In this document: positions 1 to 9,500 of the stretch, in pieces
Position numbering within the stretch: the stretch's first letter is position 1
Layout: every line of letters starts with the position of its first letter
Notes under the pieces: generated by a model
Told to the model about the DNA's origin: nothing
The model's database searches: none
What the model saw: only the letters and a program-made list of their open reading frames with translations
From: an uncultured Gammaproteobacteria bacterium
Lineage (GTDB): Bacteria; Patescibacteriota; Microgenomatia; UBA8517
Assembly: GCA_964583685.1 (NCBI GenBank)
Contig: CAZOVJ010000001.1
Coordinates: 393,152-457,151, forward strand
Length of the DNA stretch: 64,000 nt
Direction of reading: 5' to 3'
Made by a program: the position numbers and the translations under genes

Positions 1-251
1 ATGGTGACAATTGTTTTGGTTGGTTTTTTTAGAGGCAAGGTTAAAAAGAAAGGAGCAAAAAAAGGATAATGAATCAAATCGTAATGAGAAAGTCTTTTCC
101 CCTTCTTCTTAAAATTAAAGGCTTCGATTTTCAGGCCCTTTTTTTTCCGGCTTTCCTTTTCCAAGGCCTTGACCAAATTCTTGGTATAGAAACCTATCCC
201 CCGAGTTCTGTGACCAGTACTTAAGGGTATTGTATTGATGGCTACTTTCAT
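1..251 (-). CDS. GT4 (GT-B) glycosyltransferase, N-terminal fragment running off the left edge (starts at 251)
   Basis: Manual minus-strand translation from ATG at 249-251 gives MKVAINTIPLSTGHRTRGIGFYTKNLVKALEKES..., a typical GT4 N-terminus. No stop before position 1. The ATG abuts the stop of the downstream gene. Confidence 0.5.
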   Translation of the reverse strand, partial: MKVAINTIPLSTGHRTRGIGFYTKNLVKALEKESRKKKGLKIEAFNFKKKGKRLSHYDLIHYPFFAPFFLTLPLKKPTKTIVT

Positions 252-1124
252 TTATTCTTCCTTTCCCTTCCAGTATTTAAAATAGGCAAGGGGAAAATGT
301 AAGGCTGAGAAACTAGACCAGATAAACCCGCGCATACCATCCAAAAAACCCTTATGCCTCAAGTAAAGATTTAGAAAAACAAATAGCGGTTTGATTATCG
401 AATAAAAAAGAAGGGAAAAAATATTTTTAGCAATCTTTTGTTCTTTAAAGTTCTTGGCACTCAAACTGGTGTATCTGTTAGCCCGCTCAAGATACCTTTT
501 TAAAGTTGGTGAATCGTGATGCTCCAAATCATTAAAAAGCCAGCTAACCTGGCCATCAATTTGCATTTGCTCGTGAACGGATTTGGCCGGAAAGCGGGCT
601 TTGCCCTTTTTGAGCAACCTGATTACGCCATCCGGGTAAAGGCCAGCGTGTATTAGAAACTTGCCTAAAAAGAAGTTTTTTCTGGGAACGAAAAGGGCAA
701 CAATTTCACCAGTATCTTTGCCAATTTTTCCGTTTCTTTTTTCAATTAAGGCCTGGTGTTTCTTAAAAAGCCTTTGCTTGCTTCTATCTTTTAATTTCCT
801 GGCTTTAATCTCTTTATCACTCGTTGAGATAACCCTACTTATCTCCGAAGCTAGTTCGGGCGTTACCCTTTCATCAGCGTCAAGTTGAAGAATCCAGTCT
901 CCGGTTGCATAATCTAATGCTTTCTGCTTGCTAATATGGAAAATAGGCTGATGGGCTACTCTATAAACCTTGGCTCCATAAGACTTGGCTATTTCTCGGG
1001 TTTTATCTACTGAGGACTCATCAACAACAATTATCTCATCCGCCAGTTGCTGAACAGATTCCAAACAAGGACCGATGTTCTCTTCCTCATTGCGGGTTGC
1101 AAGAACGATGCTTAGCTTTTTCAT
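252..1124 (-). CDS. GT2 family glycosyltransferase (DPM1 / polyprenol-phosphate sugar synthase-like)
   Basis: N-terminal LSIVLATRNEEENI...IIVVDESSVDKT and a DxD region (LDADE). Confidence 0.8.
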   Translation of the reverse strand: MKKLSIVLATRNEEENIGPCLESVQQLADEIIVVDESSVDKTREIAKSYGAKVYRVAHQPIFHISKQKALDYATGDWILQLDADERVTPELASEISRVISTSDKEIKARKLKDRSKQRLFKKHQALIEKRNGKIGKDTGEIVALFVPRKNFFLGKFLIHAGLYPDGVIRLLKKGKARFPAKSVHEQMQIDGQVSWLFNDLEHHDSPTLKRYLERANRYTSLSAKNFKEQKIAKNIFSLLFYSIIKPLFVFLNLYLRHKGFLDGMRGFIWSSFSALHFPLAYFKYWKGKEE

Positions 1125-1125
1125 C

Positions 1126-2796
1126 TCAATTCTCCACTATTTCAAAAGCAATATCTCCTTTTGGAAAATAAATTTTCTTTATTATATTCGCCTCATTAGG
1201 AATTTCTTCATCCGCAGGAATTTCTTCATCCGTTCCAATAATTAAGCTGTTGGGATTTTCTGGCTGCACTTGGTCAAAATCAATCGGTCCAAAATAAAAT
1301 TTATCAAATTGCTGGACAGTGGAAAAACCAAATTTATCTTTGGCTGTTAAGTAATGGTCAGCCTGAAATTTAGCTGGCGGATATTTTAAATAAAATAAGA
1401 AAAGAATGTAGGGCTGATCATAGCGGTCAGTGACAATAACCTTGTCATATTTATAGGCATTGTCCTGAACAAAAGAAACAAGCTCCTTAAGGCCATATTG
1501 GGAAGAAAAAGGATATTCCTTGGCCACATGAACCCAATACAGGTGGAGATATCTGGCAAAGTTCCAGGTGATGAAAGCAATAAGCAAAAAGTAACAAGCG
1601 ATAAGTACCTCTTGCGGTTTAATATTTTTCTTCAACCACTTGATTATTCTCACTAGTCCATAGGCGCTGATGATGGTCAGGGGAATAACCATGTTCTGGG
1701 CCCGAAGGGCATGGGGAGATTGGAAGGTTAAGGCGGCTGCCATTGGCGCTACCACTAACCACCAAAGCACAGGTTTCCACCCCTTGGACCCTTTGACAAT
1801 GGCCAGCAAACCGACAAGAATAAAGACCAAATCAAAGAGATACAGCTGACCAGTTTCCGGCACTTTATTGCGCTGAATTGCGTCACCGGACAAAAATAAA
1901 AACTCTCCCCAAAAATGCTCTCCCCAATTCTCTGTCAAGGCCAAGCCATAATTAACAACCTTATTGTGCAAAACTCGGGCCAAGAGTCCCTGATAATTGG
2001 CATGTTCACCTCTTTGTTCATTAATCCGAGCCAGAGGACCGGGGTCAGCAAAAAGACCAACCCCAGTTGCCCGGGAAACAGCTCCCGGCTTTAACAAATC
2101 AGCAACCAAAGGCAAAAGAAGAACTCCGGCTATCAGTCCAGCCATTAACAATGGCTTGAGCTTGGCTTTGAGCTGGCGACAATAAATGATGATAAAGCCT
2201 AAGCCGAGCAAGGGAACAACAAGCCTAGCCGCATGGTAAGTATACAAAGATAAGGCAAAAGGCAAAAGGCAAAAGGCAAAATATTTGAAATTTTTTAAAG
2301 ATTTTAAAAACAACCAAATGCCACAAGTAATAAAGAAGGTGGCAGCATTAACTTCCCAACCTCCTCGAGAAAAATGGATGTGCCAAGGACTTATGGCCAG
2401 GAAAAAGCTCGAGATAATGGCCAGTTTCTCTCGCCCACCTGCCCTGGGTGCGCTAATTCCCAATTCTTTAACTAGAAAATAAACAACTAATATTGTCGTT
2501 ACTCCCAAAAGAGCTCCGGGAATTCTCACTGCCCATTCATTTAAGCCAAGAAATTTAACAAAAGGCAAAACCAGGTAAAAGAAAAGACCGGGTTTATAGT
2601 CATTAAAGGACTGAAAATGAAGCGGCCAGGAATTACCGTGCTCATCTCTTCCGGTTTGGAGTAATGAATAGACATTGTAACCAATGGCCGCTTCATCAGC
2701 ATTAAGGGCCGGATAACTGTTTAATCGATAAAAGCGCAAAATGAAAGCAAGCAAAATTATCAAAAACAAAACTATTTTCTTGTTCTTAATCAGCAT
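1126..2796 (-). CDS. GT-C glycosyltransferase, ArnT/PMT (PMT_2-like) family, paralog 1
   Basis: Loop motif NADEAAIGYNVYSLLQTGRDEHG...GLNEWAVRIPGAL. About 11 TM helices. Conserved C-terminal soluble region (KFYFGPIDF). Confidence 0.85.
   Translation of the reverse strand: MLIKNKKIVLFLIILLAFILRFYRLNSYPALNADEAAIGYNVYSLLQTGRDEHGNSWPLHFQSFNDYKPGLFFYLVLPFVKFLGLNEWAVRIPGALLGVTTILVVYFLVKELGISAPRAGGREKLAIISSFFLAISPWHIHFSRGGWEVNAATFFITCGIWLFLKSLKNFKYFAFCLLPFALSLYTYHAARLVVPLLGLGFIIIYCRQLKAKLKPLLMAGLIAGVLLLPLVADLLKPGAVSRATGVGLFADPGPLARINEQRGEHANYQGLLARVLHNKVVNYGLALTENWGEHFWGEFLFLSGDAIQRNKVPETGQLYLFDLVFILVGLLAIVKGSKGWKPVLWWLVVAPMAAALTFQSPHALRAQNMVIPLTIISAYGLVRIIKWLKKNIKPQEVLIACYFLLIAFITWNFARYLHLYWVHVAKEYPFSSQYGLKELVSFVQDNAYKYDKVIVTDRYDQPYILFLFYLKYPPAKFQADHYLTAKDKFGFSTVQQFDKFYFGPIDFDQVQPENPNSLIIGTDEEIPADEEIPNEANIIKKIYFPKGDIAFEIVEN
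1198..1233. repeat. Perfect-but-one 18-nt tandem duplication (aggaatttcttcatccgY x2) encoding DEEIPA/DEEIPN
   Basis: Read directly. Lies in the C-terminal region of GT-C paralog 1. Confidence 0.9.
2252..2281. repeat. Heptanucleotide tandem repeat (GGCAAAA)x4 (sense strand TTTTGCC) inside a CDS, in frame
   Basis: Read directly. Encodes FAFCLLPFA within a TM helix of 1126..2796. Confidence 0.9.
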
Positions 2797-2797
2797 A

Positions 2798-4471
2798 TTA
2801 TTTAACCTCTATTATCCTAAAAGCCTCCTCTCCGTTTAAATATTTTATTTCTCTAAGTAGGCGAAAAAGACTTTCATCACTGGAGTCCTCTATGGGAATT
2901 CTGATCGGATCAGCCACAAAAAGCGTTCCCTTCTCTCTCCGATTGATTGACCAGTCAATTGGACTAAACTCAATATTATCCAATTGCTCTACCTGGCCAA
3001 CGTCGCCAACCTCACTTTCCCTTAATCTTGCCTGTTTTTGGTATTTTAGGGGATCATATTTCTGGTAAAACAGAAAAAAGATATAGGGTTGGGCAAATGA
3101 TTGTTGAACTTTTATTTTTTGATAATTATTCTGGACTGGGCTGACTGTTTCTACTATCTGCTTATAGCCATATTCCCAGTATTTTGAATCGTGCTTAGGA
3201 AGATGAATAAAATAAGCATCTAAAAAGTAGGTAAAACTTGCCAGATAGAAAAGAATTACTATTCCGCAACCCGCAACCCGCAGCCGTCTCCTCCCTATCC
3301 AAACAACTAAACTTCGTAAACCGAAGGCAGCAACAATCATCAAGGGAATCAACAAGTTATAAGAGCGGACTGCCTGAATTTGGTCCCTGGATAAAGCAGC
3401 TGGCAGAGGAGCTAAAAAGAGCCAAAGCCAAACAAATTTAACTTCTCTTTTGGCCGCTAATCTGGTCAGACTGACAAAACCAAAAATCAAGGCAATTAAA
3501 TCAGCAAACAATAAAACTCCCTGATTGGGGGCAGTATGTCTTGGATTTTGCCAATCTCCCTCGAAAAAGAGAAACCTTGTTGAGAAATGATTGAACCAGC
3601 GACCCAAAACTCCCCGAGTAAAATTAAGAGCTTCTGAATGAAAAAGATAATATCTCAAACTGCCAACTTTTTCATTTCCCTGGTCAAGAAAGTCTTGAAG
3701 ATAAACCTCTGGCCGCGGGTAGGAAAAGACACTGAATACTGACAACCTACCGGTTTTACCCTGAAAAAGACTGAAAATTATAGGCAAGGAAATGAAAAAT
3801 CCAGTCAAAAATGCGGCTAAAAGAGTTCTCTTTTTAAAACCCAGTAATTGCCTACGATAAAGAACTACCAATAATAAAACCACAATGGCTGACGACAGCT
3901 TAGCTCCCTGATAAATAAGCAGGCTTGAGCTAAAAAATAATCCAGAGAAGATTAAATATCTCTGTTTTTTAAAAGACCTGAAGAAAAAATAGATGCCTGC
4001 CAAAGTAAATGTTAGACAAACATTCATTTCCCAGGCGCCGCGACTAAAAAGAATGTGCCAGGGATTAATTACCAGTAAAAGACTGGCAATAATCGCCAAT
4101 TTATTGTTCTTAAAAACCTCTTTGATCAGTAGATAAAAAAGCCAGACTGCTAAAATCCCAGACAGAGCACTGGGAAGCCGGACAGCAAGTTCGTTCAGTC
4201 CTAATAGAGCGACAAAGGGGGTAGTTAAATATATATAAAGGCCGGGCTTGAAATCGCCAAAAGATTTGAAAATTATGGGTAAGAAATTACCATACTCATC
4301 TTTGCCTGTCTTTAAAATTGAGTAGGCATTGTACCCCAAGGCCGCTTCGTCCTGGGTCAGGTGGGGTGGGATAACCCCAAGTTTCCAAAGACGCAAAAAA
4401 CCGGCTAAAAGAAGAATCATTATCAGCAAACTTTGTTTAATTTTCATAAATTTCAAAAGCCGGCTGGCCAT
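2798..4471 (-). CDS. GT-C glycosyltransferase, ArnT/PMT family, paralog 2
   Basis: TQDEAALGYNAYSILKTGKDEYG...GLNELAVRLPSAL. Start is ambiguous (overlaps the upstream gene by 35 nt). Confidence 0.85.
   Translation of the reverse strand: MASRLLKFMKIKQSLLIMILLLAGFLRLWKLGVIPPHLTQDEAALGYNAYSILKTGKDEYGNFLPIIFKSFGDFKPGLYIYLTTPFVALLGLNELAVRLPSALSGILAVWLFYLLIKEVFKNNKLAIIASLLLVINPWHILFSRGAWEMNVCLTFTLAGIYFFFRSFKKQRYLIFSGLFFSSSLLIYQGAKLSSAIVVLLLVVLYRRQLLGFKKRTLLAAFLTGFFISLPIIFSLFQGKTGRLSVFSVFSYPRPEVYLQDFLDQGNEKVGSLRYYLFHSEALNFTRGVLGRWFNHFSTRFLFFEGDWQNPRHTAPNQGVLLFADLIALIFGFVSLTRLAAKREVKFVWLWLFLAPLPAALSRDQIQAVRSYNLLIPLMIVAAFGLRSLVVWIGRRRLRVAGCGIVILFYLASFTYFLDAYFIHLPKHDSKYWEYGYKQIVETVSPVQNNYQKIKVQQSFAQPYIFFLFYQKYDPLKYQKQARLRESEVGDVGQVEQLDNIEFSPIDWSINRREKGTLFVADPIRIPIEDSSDESLFRLLREIKYLNGEEAFRIIEVK
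3265..3285. repeat. Heptanucleotide repeat (CCGCAAC)x2 plus a degenerate copy inside a CDS
   Basis: Read directly. Encodes RVAGCG in 2798..4471. Confidence 0.7.
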
Positions 4472-6152
4472 CTAGAAAATTAATTGTTTTTAATTTGTGC
4501 CAGCCTTGAGGATAATTTCCCGGACCGGTAATCAGAAGACAGTCTTTTCCTTGACAATCCGCCTTTTCGCCACTTTCTAAAATAAATTCTCCGTTTTTAC
4601 TTGTTGGTATCTGCCAGTCATTGACAAAATAGAACTTGTCAAATCTATCCAGCCAATACCAGTTTGATTGGTAAAAGCGGATAAGCTCGGGGTCATTTTG
4701 GAATCTTGCAGGCTCCCAAGGCCAGTAAAATAAGAAAAATTCATGGGGCTCACCATATTTTTTAGTAATAATAAACTTCTCATATTTCTGATAATTAGTC
4801 CTACTATAATCAACCACTTCCTTATACCCATACTGCCAGGACCAAGAATAGTTCTGCCGATATTCAAAGGCATAAGCCTGGCCATAATTTTCAATAGACA
4901 GGCCCAAAAGGAAAATATAGATTACGGCGAATAAATACTGAGGAACAATTCCTCCCGCAGGGCGGGCTTTCAACCATTGCCATACCAAGTTCAGACCAAG
5001 AGCAGAAAAAATCATTGGTATTGGTAGAAGTACAATACTCCTTAAAACATGAGGGGCCTCTCGGGTTAGACTTGAAGCGATTGGTCCAAGAAGAAACCAG
5101 CTAAGCAACAAACGAGCACTTTTTTCTTTATTCATCCTCTTAACAACAACAATCAACCCTAGCAAAAAAAATGGACAATTGATGGCGTATAAAAGTCCGT
5201 GTTCGGGCAAACTAAATTGATAATGGCTTCCGCCCTTCAAAAACAAGAATTCTGGAGAGAAGTGAGAAAAGTAGTTGGCAAGAAAAGTCTTTGTAAAATA
5301 GGTAACCTTGTTGTGGATTAAGAGGCTAGCTAGAGGCGTTAATTCTGTCTTGAGTCGCTCCTCATTTATCCGGTTAATCATTCCCTGGTCCAAAATCTCC
5401 ACCCATTGATAACGGGCTTGGCCGACTGGGTTGAAAAGCTGGTAAAACATAGGCAGGAAGAAAAATGCAAAAATCAAAATGCAAAATGCAAAAATCTTTT
5501 TATTTTTTTGATAAAACGACAAAACTTCTCTTTTATAAATAAAACTGAGTCCTAAAAGTAAGAGGGGAACAAAAATTCGGGCAGAATTATAAGTCCAGAC
5601 TGACAGGGAAAGCAAACCAATCCCCAATAATATTGGCCAAGATTTTTTCTCTAAACCCAACCATAAGAAATAAACACCGGAAATAATCAGGGCCAGGGAC
5701 AAGTTGGCTTCTACCGCAACCCTGGAAACAAACAAACCCCAGGGCTCCAAGGCAAGTAAAAGGCCAGCGATAATGGCCAGTTCCTTGCTTTTAAAAAGTT
5801 TTTTAACCAATAAATAGGTAAACAAAACACTAAAAGTTCCTGCCAAAATCGAAGGAAGCCTAACAGATAAAGCACTCAGGCCAAAAAAGAACTCTGAAAT
5901 TAAAGTCAAATAAATATAAAACGGCAGCTTATAATCACCATAAGCCCTGAAAATAATCGGCAACCTCTTTCCCCACTCGTCTTTGCCGGTCTTCAAAATA
6001 GAATAAGCATTATAACCATGACTGACCTCATCCCAATTAAGAGCCGGCGGAACAAGGGAAACATGACTAAATCTGAGGAAAAAGGCAAGTAAAATAACCA
6101 ATATTACCAGTAAATTTTTCCGAACTAAAAAAAGCCCTTTTAATAACATCAA
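4437..6152 (-). CDS. GT-C glycosyltransferase, ArnT/PMT family, paralog 3
   Basis: NWDEVSHGYNAYSILKTGKDEWG motif. Polytopic. Confidence 0.85.
   Translation of the reverse strand: MMLLKGLFLVRKNLLVILVILLAFFLRFSHVSLVPPALNWDEVSHGYNAYSILKTGKDEWGKRLPIIFRAYGDYKLPFYIYLTLISEFFFGLSALSVRLPSILAGTFSVLFTYLLVKKLFKSKELAIIAGLLLALEPWGLFVSRVAVEANLSLALIISGVYFLWLGLEKKSWPILLGIGLLSLSVWTYNSARIFVPLLLLGLSFIYKREVLSFYQKNKKIFAFCILIFAFFFLPMFYQLFNPVGQARYQWVEILDQGMINRINEERLKTELTPLASLLIHNKVTYFTKTFLANYFSHFSPEFLFLKGGSHYQFSLPEHGLLYAINCPFFLLGLIVVVKRMNKEKSARLLLSWFLLGPIASSLTREAPHVLRSIVLLPIPMIFSALGLNLVWQWLKARPAGGIVPQYLFAVIYIFLLGLSIENYGQAYAFEYRQNYSWSWQYGYKEVVDYSRTNYQKYEKFIITKKYGEPHEFFLFYWPWEPARFQNDPELIRFYQSNWYWLDRFDKFYFVNDWQIPTSKNGEFILESGEKADCQGKDCLLITGPGNYPQGWHKLKTINFLDGQPAFEIYEN
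5462..5496. repeat. Heptanucleotide tandem repeat (AAAATGC/AAAAATC)x5 inside a CDS, in frame
   Basis: Read directly. Sense strand GCATTTT/GATTTTT encodes IFAFCILIFAF in a TM helix of 4437..6152. Confidence 0.9.
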
Positions 6153-7801
6153 GACTCAACTAGCCAATAAGCATCTGTTCCATTTGGGTATCTAATAATC
6201 TTCTTTGTTTTAATTTCCTGAGGAAATTCTTCCGGGCTACCAATAACTAAAACATTTTGCTTAAGCAAATCTAATTTCCAATCAATTGTCTTAAAAGTAT
6301 ATTTATCCAAGTGATAAACATCTAATTGATCCAGCCAAATTAATCCTTTTTCTTCAAATTTCCAATTTCCCGACTGCTCCTGTATCTGAGCTGGCTCAAT
6401 CTTCTTATAAAAAGCAACAAATATCTGCGGCTCTGAGATTTTTTTAGTAAAAATAATCTCTTCGTATTCACCTTCAATCAGCCCCAGATATTCCATGATC
6501 TCCCTGGTGCCATAAATCATTGCTTTTGCTTGAGTTGCCGGTTGTTGAACAAAATAATCTTCAAGGAAAAAAGCAAAGGAAACAAGAAGAATTAAGCTCG
6601 CGCCAGGAATTATCAATTTTTGAAAGTATTTGGGAAGCTTTTCCTTAAGCTCAAAATATAAATAAATTCCGCCTATACCGGAAATTATTTGAAGGGCTGG
6701 AACCATAAAAAGAACCCGATTAGCCGCATAGCCCGGACCAATACTTAAAGCCGCTGGTATGGGTGAGATGAAAATCCAAAAGATGAGCCAATTAAGTTTT
6801 TTGATTTTACCAGTTAGCCAAGCCCAAACAAAGGCTAACAATAAAAACAACTCAAAGGTGTAAAGAACTCCCTTGCCCGGAAGCATGCCATAGGTTCCTT
6901 CTCCCGGTCCCTGGCTAAAGAAAAACTGGGGAGAAAAATATGAGAAATAATTCCTTAGAAAGGTTGAAAAGACAAAAGTCAGTTTATTATTAAAAATTCG
7001 GGCAGTAAAATCGGGCAAGCCTGCTAAGACGGCCGAGTATCTGGCGTCTCTTACATTCGAAGCCAGGCTAAAAATTCCGGCTGAGGATAGCCGTGAGCCT
7101 GCCCCAAAAAACAGGCTATAGCCTGCCAATAGCAAAAAAGGGCAAAAAACAATCAGGCCAGGAAGACATCTTTTGAAATCTAGTCTTGAACGATTAAACC
7201 AAATCAAACCTAGCAACAAAAGGGGCGTCAGTAAACGGGCTGAATGATAGGAAAAAAGATTTAGGCCAAAAATTAAGGCTGAAAGAACAAAAAGTTTGGC
7301 TCTTTTCAATTCTCTTGGAGAAAATGAACAAGCCTTAAAAAAGAAGAAAAGGGCCAAGGGCAAAAGAAAGGTTGTCAAGTTAGCCTCAAAGGCTCCTCTG
7401 GACATGGGAATATGCCAAGGAGAAATGGCTAACAGTAAAGCTGTTAGAATTGCCAAATTCTGCCTTTTAAAAACCTCCTTAACCAAAAAATAAACAACCA
7501 AGATTGATAAGCTGCCTAAAATAGCATTGGGTAGCCGGACAGCAAATTCATTCAGTCCAAAAACAGCGACAAAGGGAATATCTAGATAAGCATATAGAGG
7601 AAGTTTATAATCGCCAAAGGAACGCAGGGAAAGAGGGAAAGATCTTCCCCATTGGTCTTTTCCAGTCTTCAAAATCGAATAGGCATCGTAGCCAAAAGAG
7701 GCTTCATCAGGCGTGAAGCCGGTCGGATGGTTAGACAAAGCAATAACCCGCAATACAAAGGCAATTAAAATTATGCCTACCAGTAACCATTTTCGCATCA
7801 A
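6149..7801 (-). CDS. GT-C glycosyltransferase, ArnT/PMT family, paralog 4
   Basis: TPDEASFGYDAYSILKTGKDQWG...GLNEFAVRLPNAL. Confidence 0.85.
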   Translation of the reverse strand: MMRKWLLVGIILIAFVLRVIALSNHPTGFTPDEASFGYDAYSILKTGKDQWGRSFPLSLRSFGDYKLPLYAYLDIPFVAVFGLNEFAVRLPNAILGSLSILVVYFLVKEVFKRQNLAILTALLLAISPWHIPMSRGAFEANLTTFLLPLALFFFFKACSFSPRELKRAKLFVLSALIFGLNLFSYHSARLLTPLLLLGLIWFNRSRLDFKRCLPGLIVFCPFLLLAGYSLFFGAGSRLSSAGIFSLASNVRDARYSAVLAGLPDFTARIFNNKLTFVFSTFLRNYFSYFSPQFFFSQGPGEGTYGMLPGKGVLYTFELFLLLAFVWAWLTGKIKKLNWLIFWIFISPIPAALSIGPGYAANRVLFMVPALQIISGIGGIYLYFELKEKLPKYFQKLIIPGASLILLVSFAFFLEDYFVQQPATQAKAMIYGTREIMEYLGLIEGEYEEIIFTKKISEPQIFVAFYKKIEPAQIQEQSGNWKFEEKGLIWLDQLDVYHLDKYTFKTIDWKLDLLKQNVLVIGSPEEFPQEIKTKKIIRYPNGTDAYWLVES

Positions 7802-9500
7802 TACTTTATTATACAGCCATTTAATTTACTGTATACTCTTGCTAGTGCCAAAGCATAAACTCAAAAAATTGGCAGCTTTCCTGATTTTAAGCCTTTTAAT
7901 AATCAAGTTTGTTTTACTGCTCCAAGATTCGACGCCAACAACAATTGATGAGGCCCAAAGAGCCTATTTCTCCTTCTCAATCTTCAAAATTAAACCAGAA
8001 CTGACAGGAGATTTTTGGAGCTTTGGCAAAGAACAAGGCTACTTACTATTCTGGCTTCCAATTGTCTTTCTCAAACTCCTTTTTCTTTTTCTCCCTTTAT
8101 CTACCTTGAGCCTGCGAATTTCATCTCTAATCCTTTCGTTTCTCTCCTCGTTTTTCTTTGCTCTCAGCGCTGTTTGTTTGATAAAACACCAAAAGAAACA
8201 GGAACTTATTCTTTTTTCCACTAGCTTCCTCATTTTTTTCCTCTCCCCCTGGCAAAATTTTCTCGCCACCTTCTCTTTACCTGCCAATTTAACAATCTTT
8301 TTTGTCACTTTCTCTGTTTTTGCCTTTTTAAAAAGAGAGAAAAATCGTTTTTTCTCAGCCATCTATCCAATAAGCCTTGTCCTGGCAGGCTTCACTGGCT
8401 GGCCAGGCTTAATTTTTAGCTCTACCTTTTTGCTGTTTAGTAATCGCCGACTTCGGAAATTTAGTTTAATTGGTCTAATACTCTTGATCTGCCTGCTTTA
8501 TTTAAATAAAACATTTGTAAGACAATTCCTTGAAACTTCTTTTCTTAATCACCTGAGACCAGAAAGATTAGCCTTTGAAATAAACGAAAGGCAAAGAATT
8601 GATTTTTTGGCAGTAGAAAGAAAATTTATTCTGCCCTACGGCTTGAGAAAGTTAACCTACAACAAACCTGCTCTTGCCCTAAATAAAGTTGTTTCCCAGG
8701 CTGTTTCCTTCTTTGACTTCGAGCAGTTTGCTTCACCCTTGGATTCTTACCAGATTATCCGACTGAGCGGTCTTGTGCCAAAAGGCAATCCAATTTTGGG
8801 CTATATCTGGGAAATACCCCTTGTTATCTCTGGTCTCTATCTCTTGCTTCGAAACAAAAAAATGGCTAAAGAAAAAGTTTTGCTCTTATTATTTTGCTCT
8901 GGTTTTGCTTCTTTCCTGCTTTTCGAAAAAAAGTTAATGGTTCAGTCAGCCTTTATTCTACTTCCCCTTATTCTTATTTTAGAAACATTGGCCATCTTCA
9001 ACTTTGTCTTTAAAAAACCAATTCTTTCTCTTCTTTTTCCCTTGTTTTTATTGGGCATCATCAATTATCACTATCGTTTTTTTTACCAACCTCAAAATTA
9101 TCTAACTTCCCACCCCTTTCTTTTCCGGGAAATTGGCTACTGGCTCAAAGAAAACAAAACTGATAAAGACATTATCATTACCACTAGATTTGGCTCAACT
9201 CATCTGATGACCGCATTTTATCTGGAAATAAACCCCAATCTCTTTTGGCCCGAATATCTGAATAACAAAGAAGAGAAAACCTTTGACCATCTACATTTTA
9301 AAACTTTTCAAGTAAGTCAAGATAGACTGGAAGCAAAGACTGTTTATATCGGATTGATTGGGGAATTCGTTAAACCGGGAAAGTATTTGGAACAGAGAAA
9401 ACAACCGAACTTTTTCCATCTGATAAAAACCATTTCCGCAGAAGATGAAACGGTTTTCAATTATGGCAACTCAATATGGATAGGCTATTTCAACAAATAA
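7713..9500 (+). CDS. Polytopic membrane protein, probable GT-C-like; start uncertain
   Basis: 595-aa ORF rich in F/L TM segments with a C-terminal soluble part. The annotated start overlaps the divergent gene 6149..7801, so the true start is probably downstream (possibly non-ATG). Confidence 0.5.
   Translation: MKPVGWLDKAITRNTKAIKIMPTSNHFRINTLLYSHLIYCILLLVPKHKLKKLAAFLILSLLIIKFVLLLQDSTPTTIDEAQRAYFSFSIFKIKPELTGDFWSFGKEQGYLLFWLPIVFLKLLFLFLPLSTLSLRISSLILSFLSSFFFALSAVCLIKHQKKQELILFSTSFLIFFLSPWQNFLATFSLPANLTIFFVTFSVFAFLKREKNRFFSAIYPISLVLAGFTGWPGLIFSSTFLLFSNRRLRKFSLIGLILLICLLYLNKTFVRQFLETSFLNHLRPERLAFEINERQRIDFLAVERKFILPYGLRKLTYNKPALALNKVVSQAVSFFDFEQFASPLDSYQIIRLSGLVPKGNPILGYIWEIPLVISGLYLLLRNKKMAKEKVLLLLFCSGFASFLLFEKKLMVQSAFILLPLILILETLAIFNFVFKKPILSLLFPLFLLGIINYHYRFFYQPQNYLTSHPFLFREIGYWLKENKTDKDIIITTRFGSTHLMTAFYLEINPNLFWPEYLNNKEEKTFDHLHFKTFQVSQDRLEAKTVYIGLIGEFVKPGKYLEQRKQPNFFHLIKTISAEDETVFNYGNSIWIGYFNK

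Noticed and set aside
4577-4894. Antisense or shadow ORFs of 60-137 aa inside GT-C and other genes (for example 4577..4894, 14265..14600, 44455..44787, 54067..54480, 42898..43218)
   Set aside because: Fully contained within longer, motif-supported CDSs on the other strand or frame, and lack motifs.
8039-8362. 107-aa Lys/Arg-rich minus-strand ORF
   Set aside because: Antisense of a CT-rich low-complexity stretch inside membrane gene 7713..9500. Low-complexity K/E/R translation.
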